This document shows positions 27,202 to 32,752 of a stretch of DNA of 32,752 bases, piece after piece. Location of the stretch: the NCBI GenBank assembly GCA_003266065.1, contig MUZY01000241.1, forward strand, positions 1,067-33,818, read 5' to 3'. Each line of letters starts with the position of its first letter. The stretch's first letter is position 1. The stretch comes from Methanosphaera sp. rholeuAM130. GTDB taxonomy: Archaea; Methanobacteriota; Methanobacteria; Methanobacteriales; Methanobacteriaceae. The notes under the pieces were generated by a model, which was not told where the DNA came from, did not search any database, and saw only the letters and a list, made by a program, of their open reading frames with translations. A program made the position numbers and the translations under genes.

Positions 27202-28734
27202 ATGCAAGTTAAAATCAATGGAGTTGAAATGGAATTAAAGGCTGGTTCAACCGTTGAAGATGCTATAAAACAAGCTGACGCTCCATATGTTAGTGGCTGT
27301 GCAATTTCCTTAATTGAGGCAAGGGAAGAACTTGAAAGTCATGTTAACAAGTATAAGATAATCACCACAAAAGGCAGTATTATCATAGAGCTTGTAGACG
27401 ACTTGGCTTACATCACTAACTTCTGGAAAAACCATTATAAGGAGTTTGCATCCACGCTAATCAGGTGGACAACATCCAATGAAGTGGCTATGGGTGCAAT
27501 AGTAACGGACTTGGAACCATCCCATGACGAATATCTATACAACAGATGGGATGTAATTCTAAGTTTGTCCGGTTTTTCCAATGAGGCAACTCACGTTTTA
27601 TTTTCAAAATCAAAACATAGGGCTGTCTATGGGGTGCCTGATGAAAACAGGGGAGTATTCGCTACCGTCGTCGGTGGTAAAAGAACCGTGTTGAATCTGA
27701 AGAATACCGATAACATTTTAGGTGTAGAGCCTGTCATCGAAAGAAAAAGCGTTGTTAAGACAGCATCTGTCACTGACTTATCTACAAAACTCAGTGAAGG
27801 TAATGAACTCTATACCTTTATAGAAGTAGAGGCCAATCAGGAAGCGCCACGTTCATTTGAACATTTTCTTAAAATCATAGAAGATGGAACGCTTACCGTA
27901 GATTACGAATCAGAAAGTTTCATTGGAAACTTTGACTTACGCGGACTGGAAAAAGACTCTGAAATAATCGAAAAGAGAAAACGTGGTACTGTCACATTAA
28001 GAAATCAAGGCTATGGTGTTGGCAGCGTATACTTGTACCGGGAAAATCGGGTATCATCACCATCACATAATGTGGTTGGCTACATAACAAAGGGCATGCA
28101 ATTGTTGGATACGGTAAAGGAAAATGATAAATTAACAGTTTTAACAAGCCCTGCCAAAATATCTACGGTTGCAATGACTCAGGCCGCCGCTGATGAATAT
28201 CTTACTTCAATGAATATTGAACATAGCCGTGACGGATTAACGGATGATGATGCCATTATCGTAGCACAGGATCCGTTATATACGGTTGACATAACTCACA
28301 CCGGTAAAATCAGTACCCTTGGTGTTCCTAAGGAAGACTTTGTTGAAATCGAATTATATGAGGATGAGTCACCAAGTTCGGTATGGTACTTCAGAAAGAT
28401 TACCGGACTGTTGGATGGTGATGTCGGACACCTGCTTGTGGACATGGCTCTAAAGGAAATGGATATTATCATGTTTAAGGCAGTAAATAAGGAAGCAAAG
28501 GGTCTGATACCTGAGAAGTTACCTGATGGAATAGTACATGCATGGGATATTTGTGTAAGCAACATGGCATGTAAGCATATAGGTAATATTGGAATTAGAT
28601 TTGTAGATAATACTGAATTTGGCCCGACAGGAGAATCGTTCAACAGTACTAATATTATTGGAAGAGTTGTAGCCGGATGTGAAAACTTCAAAACATTCAA
28701 GGAAGGGGACACGATTTATGTCAGAGAAAGATAA
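27202..28734 (+). CDS. mmp3: Methanogenesis marker protein 3 (ThiS-like N-terminus, cyclophilin-like domains)
   Basis: MQVKING..., [33 protein letters not shown]....[33 protein letters not shown]. Confidence 0.9.
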   Translation: MQVKINGVEMELKAGSTVEDAIKQADAPYVSGCAISLIEAREELESHVNKYKIITTKGSIIIELVDDLAYITNFWKNHYKEFASTLIRWTTSNEVAMGAIVTDLEPSHDEYLYNRWDVILSLSGFSNEATHVLFSKSKHRAVYGVPDENRGVFATVVGGKRTVLNLKNTDNILGVEPVIERKSVVKTASVTDLSTKLSEGNELYTFIEVEANQEAPRSFEHFLKIIEDGTLTVDYESESFIGNFDLRGLEKDSEIIEKRKRGTVTLRNQGYGVGSVYLYRENRVSSPSHNVVGYITKGMQLLDTVKENDKLTVLTSPAKISTVAMTQAAADEYLTSMNIEHSRDGLTDDDAIIVAQDPLYTVDITHTGKISTLGVPKEDFVEIELYEDESPSSVWYFRKITGLLDGDVGHLLVDMALKEMDIIMFKAVNKEAKGLIPEKLPDGIVHAWDICVSNMACKHIGNIGIRFVDNTEFGPTGESFNSTNIIGRVVAGCENFKTFKEGDTIYVRER

Positions 28735-29218
28735 GGATATTGATAGTGAATTCTGCCATATTCCAATGGGTGATGGAACATATAGGGATTCCGATCAAAA
28801 GGATAAGATTACGCGTATGATTATATTGGGACCGGGTTGTTCAGTAAGTTCTAAGGAACTGTTAAACTTCCTTCACATGCTTGAATTACCAATAAATATT
28901 CGTTTAACCTGTTATGGTGCTAATTTAAACGGATATCCCGATTTGGTAATGGAAGCCGTGGAAAAAGCCAGAGAACTTGATCCGAATCACATATTCATTA
29001 AATTCAGGGGATTTCCACCAGGCGATCCTAGAAGATGCAGAGCTAAACGTGGAGGGGCAAGGGAAGGTTTCCATCAGATAGAAGCCGAATATAAATTGCT
29101 GCCGGATGTCAGTGTTGCTCTGGAAAATCCAAGACATGTTGATTTAAATCCACCTAAGAAAGTGGAATTGGATGAATTTATTGATATAGTAAATGAATAC
29201 GATAAAAACAAGAAATAA
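28718..29218 (+). CDS. mmp6: Methanogenesis marker protein 6
   Basis: [38 protein letters not shown] 28718 overlaps the end of mmp3. Confidence 0.88.
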   Translation: MSEKDKDIDSEFCHIPMGDGTYRDSDQKDKITRMIILGPGCSVSSKELLNFLHMLELPINIRLTCYGANLNGYPDLVMEAVEKARELDPNHIFIKFRGFPPGDPRRCRAKRGGAREGFHQIEAEYKLLPDVSVALENPRHVDLNPPKKVELDEFIDIVNEYDKNKK

Positions 29219-29273
29219 CTTTTTAGAAAAAAATACGATAAAAAAAGATGAAATAGGAATTTGAGGTTATATT

Positions 29274-29732
29274 ATGAAAGTTGCAATATTTCCACCTAAC
29301 TCTATGATATTGGCGGATATGATAGTTAGAAGTGGACATGAACCTTTAGTTGTTCAAAAACAGATGCAAAAAAAGGTAACGAGTCCTGATTTGGATGCAC
29401 CTCCGTTTAACATGACAGAAAATGATCCGATTGATGGATTAAAGTATGCGGCAATAGAAGTGCCGTCCGGTGTTCGTGGACGTATGTCACTGTTTGGTCC
29501 GATTATAGAAGAAGCAGAAGCAGCAATCATTATGTATGAAGCACCATACGGTTTCGGTTGCGTAGGATGTGCAAGATCATCTGAATTAACGGTATTTTCA
29601 CTTAGAAGAAAGGATATTCCAGTACTTGAATTGGATTATCCGACCTCACGTGACGATACTATTGAAATGGTACATAAGATAAATACATTTTTAGACATGT
29701 TAAAGGACAAGGAGAGTGACAGCGATGATTAA
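29274..29732 (+). CDS. mmp5: Methanogenesis marker protein 5
   Basis: [44 protein letters not shown]. Confidence 0.9.
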   Translation: MKVAIFPPNSMILADMIVRSGHEPLVVQKQMQKKVTSPDLDAPPFNMTENDPIDGLKYAAIEVPSGVRGRMSLFGPIIEEAEAAIIMYEAPYGFGCVGCARSSELTVFSLRRKDIPVLELDYPTSRDDTIEMVHKINTFLDMLKDKESDSDD

Positions 29733-30981
29733 GATTGCACAATTATCCTGTGGAACAGAGTACAGTGGAGTTCAAAAGGAAATAGAAAAGGCGGCCGAAA
29801 CGTTTGGTGCACAGATGGTCATGCCCGATGTCAACCTTGACGATATAGATGAAGCCTATGAAAAATTCGGGTTAAGCTGTGCAAGTTCAAGTTTAAAGTT
29901 AATGATTGCAAGGGCAATGAGTCTGGTTGAAGGCAAAAATGAAGCCGATGCCGTATTCATATGTACCTGTTTCAGATGTGCGGAAGCTGCAATTGCAAGA
30001 AACGAAGTGCGCAGATTGATACAAAACTATACTGACCTGCCCGTGGTTACATATTCCTTCACAGAAAAAACGAAGGCGTCAGAATTGTTTATCCGTATGG
30101 AAGCACTTACAACTATCGTTGCAAGAAAAAGTGTTCTTGCACGTGAAAAACAGGAAGGACTTACCCTTGGTATAGACAGCGGTTCAACAACCACCAAAGT
30201 TGCATTAATGGAGAAAAACGAAATTATCGGTACGGGATGGGTAAAAACCGGTGATATCATAGGATGTGCAAATGACGGTATCGCTCAGGCATTGGAAGGC
30301 ACAGACTATAAGTTGGACGACATCGAAGCGATAGGAACCACAGGTTATGGACGTATAACAATAGGTAAGGCCATGGGTGCAAAACTCATACAGGAGGAAA
30401 TATCCGTAAACAGTAAGGGAGCAGTATATCTTGCAGATGCACAGAAGGGTGAGGCCACGGTACTCGATATCGGTGGAATGGACAACAAGGTCATCACAGT
30501 AAACAATGGAATTCCTGATAACTTTACCATGGGTGGTATATGTGCAGGTGCATCCGGCCGATTCCTGGACATGACCAGCGGTAGGTTAGGCGTGGACATA
30601 ACTGAACTGGGTCCCTTAGCACAAAAGGGAAACTATAGAAATGCCGTCTTAAACAGTTACTGTATCGTATTCGGTATACAGGACTTGGTTACCTCTCTTG
30701 CCGGCGGAGCATCAAAGGAAGATGCTGCAAGTGCAGCATGTTATTCTGTAGCAGAACAGGTATATGAACAACAACTACAGGAAATTGACGTACGTGAACC
30801 ATTGATTCAGGTAGGAGGAACGTCACTCATAGCAGGACTTGTAGATGCCGTACAGGATATTCTTGGCGGTATAAACATTGTAGTACCTGAATACTCCCAG
30901 TATATTGGGGCTGTCGGTGCTGCAATGCTGGTATCAGGACTTAAAGACTCTGAAGTTGATGACAGCAAAAGATTCAAATAG
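29725..30981 (+). CDS. mmp15: Methanogenesis marker protein 15 (ASKHA ATPase, 2-hydroxyacyl-CoA dehydratase activator-like)
   Basis: [70 protein letters not shown]. Confidence 0.92.
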   Translation: MIKIAQLSCGTEYSGVQKEIEKAAETFGAQMVMPDVNLDDIDEAYEKFGLSCASSSLKLMIARAMSLVEGKNEADAVFICTCFRCAEAAIARNEVRRLIQNYTDLPVVTYSFTEKTKASELFIRMEALTTIVARKSVLAREKQEGLTLGIDSGSTTTKVALMEKNEIIGTGWVKTGDIIGCANDGIAQALEGTDYKLDDIEAIGTTGYGRITIGKAMGAKLIQEEISVNSKGAVYLADAQKGEATVLDIGGMDNKVITVNNGIPDNFTMGGICAGASGRFLDMTSGRLGVDITELGPLAQKGNYRNAVLNSYCIVFGIQDLVTSLAGGASKEDAASAACYSVAEQVYEQQLQEIDVREPLIQVGGTSLIAGLVDAVQDILGGINIVVPEYSQYIGAVGAAMLVSGLKDSEVDDSKRFK

Positions 30982-30992
30982 GGGTTATTAAA

Positions 30993-31544
30993 ATGTATGT
31001 AGAATGCTATGATGAAGTAGGTGCACAGGTTTACGATACACTACTTAGACATACACTTCAAGACTTAAAATTAGCCCGTGCAATCAATGCAATAAAAATA
31101 TTCATAGATCCTCGCGAAGCACTATTTATAGGTGTTGTGAAGTTGGAGAAAGCCTCTCAGCCGATATACCTGGATGATATAGCTTCATATAAAATGGATA
31201 ATGGAGTGCTTAAGATTATAGTTGAAGATGAAAACTATATTCCTAACTTATTGAAAGCATTATGGGTCAGTGAAGGTCGTCAAAACGTCAACCAGCCGGA
31301 CAGGTATAAGATGGAAGTATCCAATCCTCAATTGGATCCAAAGAATTTCATCGTACACGACCCTTCCGAAGAATTAAAAAGAAAAGTGTATGATGCATTG
31401 TTTAGAGTAATGCCTGAAGGATTTAGGATGACTCGAAATGCAAGTAAGGATAACCTGATTTGTATCATGAGCAGTGATGAAATAATTGATGTCAAATGGG
31501 ACAAGAAATTTAATGAAGTAATTGAAGAAGTTAGAAATGCTTAA
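30993..31544 (+). CDS. mmp17: Methanogenesis marker protein 17
   Basis: VECYD..GA.VY, DL.L, DP...LFI, EDENYIP.LL..LW, RVMPEGFR. Position directly after mmp15. Confidence 0.88.
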   Translation: MYVECYDEVGAQVYDTLLRHTLQDLKLARAINAIKIFIDPREALFIGVVKLEKASQPIYLDDIASYKMDNGVLKIIVEDENYIPNLLKALWVSEGRQNVNQPDRYKMEVSNPQLDPKNFIVHDPSEELKRKVYDALFRVMPEGFRMTRNASKDNLICIMSSDEIIDVKWDKKFNEVIEEVRNA

Positions 31545-31570
31545 TTCTAACATTATTATGGGGGTTCAAT

Positions 31571-32437
31571 ATGAGTGATAAAAGAATGAGTCATTTTGCT
31601 CATATTACTAAGGCACATCCATGTTTTAATGAGAAAATTCATGATAAGGTAGGACGTATTCACATTCCAATAGCACCAAACTGCAATATTCAATGTGGAT
31701 TCTGCACGAGAAAACTTAACGATACGGAAAAACGGCCCGGTGTAGCCTCATGCATAATGAGTGTAGATGATGCAATAGAACATATAAGAGAAACTACCGA
31801 AAAAATGCCGATAAATGTAGTGGGCGTTGCCGGTCCCGGCGATTCGTTATGCAGTGAGGATACGCTTAAACTTTTCAACAGAGTCAAAAAAGAGTTTCCC
31901 GACTTGATATTATGCATGAGTACAAACGGTCTATTGGTACCCGAATATGCCGATGAAATAGCACAAGCCGGAGTTAAAACGGTAACGATTACCATCAATG
32001 CCGTTGATAGTGATATCGGCGTACAGATATATGATGACATAGTATATCATGGAAAGATGTATCATGGTAAGGAAGGCTTTGAAATACTCCTGGAAAATCA
32101 GTTAAAGGGTATAGAAATGTTATCCGAGAGGGGCGTGGTCGTTAAGGTAAACAGCGTATTGATACCTGGCGTAAATGACAAGCACATAAAAGAGATAGCC
32201 AAAGAGGTTAAAGCCAGGGGTGCCTCAATCATGAACGTAATACCATTAATTCCATTAAACAAATTCAAAGACCTTGAAAAGCCTGGCTGCGGCATGTTAA
32301 GTACGGTCAGAAATGAAGTCGAAGAAATCCTCCCAATATTCCGTGCATGTACACAGTGCAGAGCGGACGCATTCGGAATACCTGGAGCAAAACAACAGGA
32401 CTTCTCACTTGAAATGGTTCCGAACAGCCATTACTAG
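31571..32437 (+). CDS. nifB: Stand-alone NifB radical SAM protein (no NifX domain)
   Basis: All NifB fingerprint motifs present: HPC, CNIQCGFC (Cx3Cx2C), EKRP, AGPG, TITIN, CTQCRADAFG. Confidence 0.9.
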   Translation: MSDKRMSHFAHITKAHPCFNEKIHDKVGRIHIPIAPNCNIQCGFCTRKLNDTEKRPGVASCIMSVDDAIEHIRETTEKMPINVVGVAGPGDSLCSEDTLKLFNRVKKEFPDLILCMSTNGLLVPEYADEIAQAGVKTVTITINAVDSDIGVQIYDDIVYHGKMYHGKEGFEILLENQLKGIEMLSERGVVVKVNSVLIPGVNDKHIKEIAKEVKARGASIMNVIPLIPLNKFKDLEKPGCGMLSTVRNEVEEILPIFRACTQCRADAFGIPGAKQQDFSLEMVPNSHY

Positions 32438-32752
32438 CAAATCAATGGAAAAACTAAAAAAGAAGTGTAATCTATAAGTACAAGTGGGTAACAAAAAGAA
32501 AAAACATTAAATGCCACTTATAAATAGAGAAAATAACGGAAAAAAATGATGAAAAACGCAAATGCATTGTGTAGATTACAAAATTTGAAAACATTTGCTA
32601 TCAATGATAAAAATCACTTATCGAAAGACAAGGACAACTAAAGAAGAAATAAATCAATTGGATAATCAATAAAGCAAGCATAATAAAATGTTGCGACAAC
32701 TAGATTCTATGAACTTCATGAGATGTTGGAAGATATCTGGATGATATAATAT

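Noticed and set aside
31571-32437. nifB as evidence of nitrogen fixation
   Set aside because: No nifH/D/K/E/N in the window, and the context is methanogenesis markers.
32438-32752. A-rich tail with short ORF fragments
   Set aside because: No ORF of convincing length or motif; cannot be interpreted without the downstream sequence.
1-32752. CRISPR array, transposase, integrase, prophage, or Sec/Pyl read-through
   Set aside because: No regularly spaced repeats, no mobile-element motifs, and no gene that appears interrupted by an in-frame TGA/TAG were seen.

Overview
AT-rich, gene-dense chromosomal window from a pseudomurein-type methanogenic archaeon (order Methanobacteriales; Methanosphaera-like by gene content and low GC, which is an inference). 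No mobile element or CRISPR array is visible. From left to right: the 5' end of a tRNA gene; a minus-strand run of SWIM zinc finger, Cys-rich peptide, an untracked 54-aa 2[4Fe-4S] ferredoxin, geranylgeranyl reductase, a short ArcS-type protein and a DUF59 Fe-S protein; sfsA; two zinc-ribbon membrane proteins; a SIS amino-sugar enzyme / DUF1611 / SepF-like cluster; trmJ-dcd-glyS-tatD; hdeD-like and ybjQ-like genes; tfrB; iorAB convergent with paaK-ACT; a secreted Ig-repeat transglutaminase-like protein that appears to start at a non-canonical ATT/ATA codon; two PRC-barrel genes flanking pyrE; nob1-DUF2117-mmp2; and the mmp3-6-5-15-17 operon ending in a stand-alone NifB with all NifB motifs but no nif structural genes in the window. 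The best candidates for under-described systems are (i) the mmp/NifB operon as a carbide-cluster assembly plus ATP-driven reductant module for MCR activation and (ii) the SIS-DUF1611-SepF cluster as a division-linked cell-wall sugar/amino-acid processing module. All family calls come from motif recognition, not database searches.
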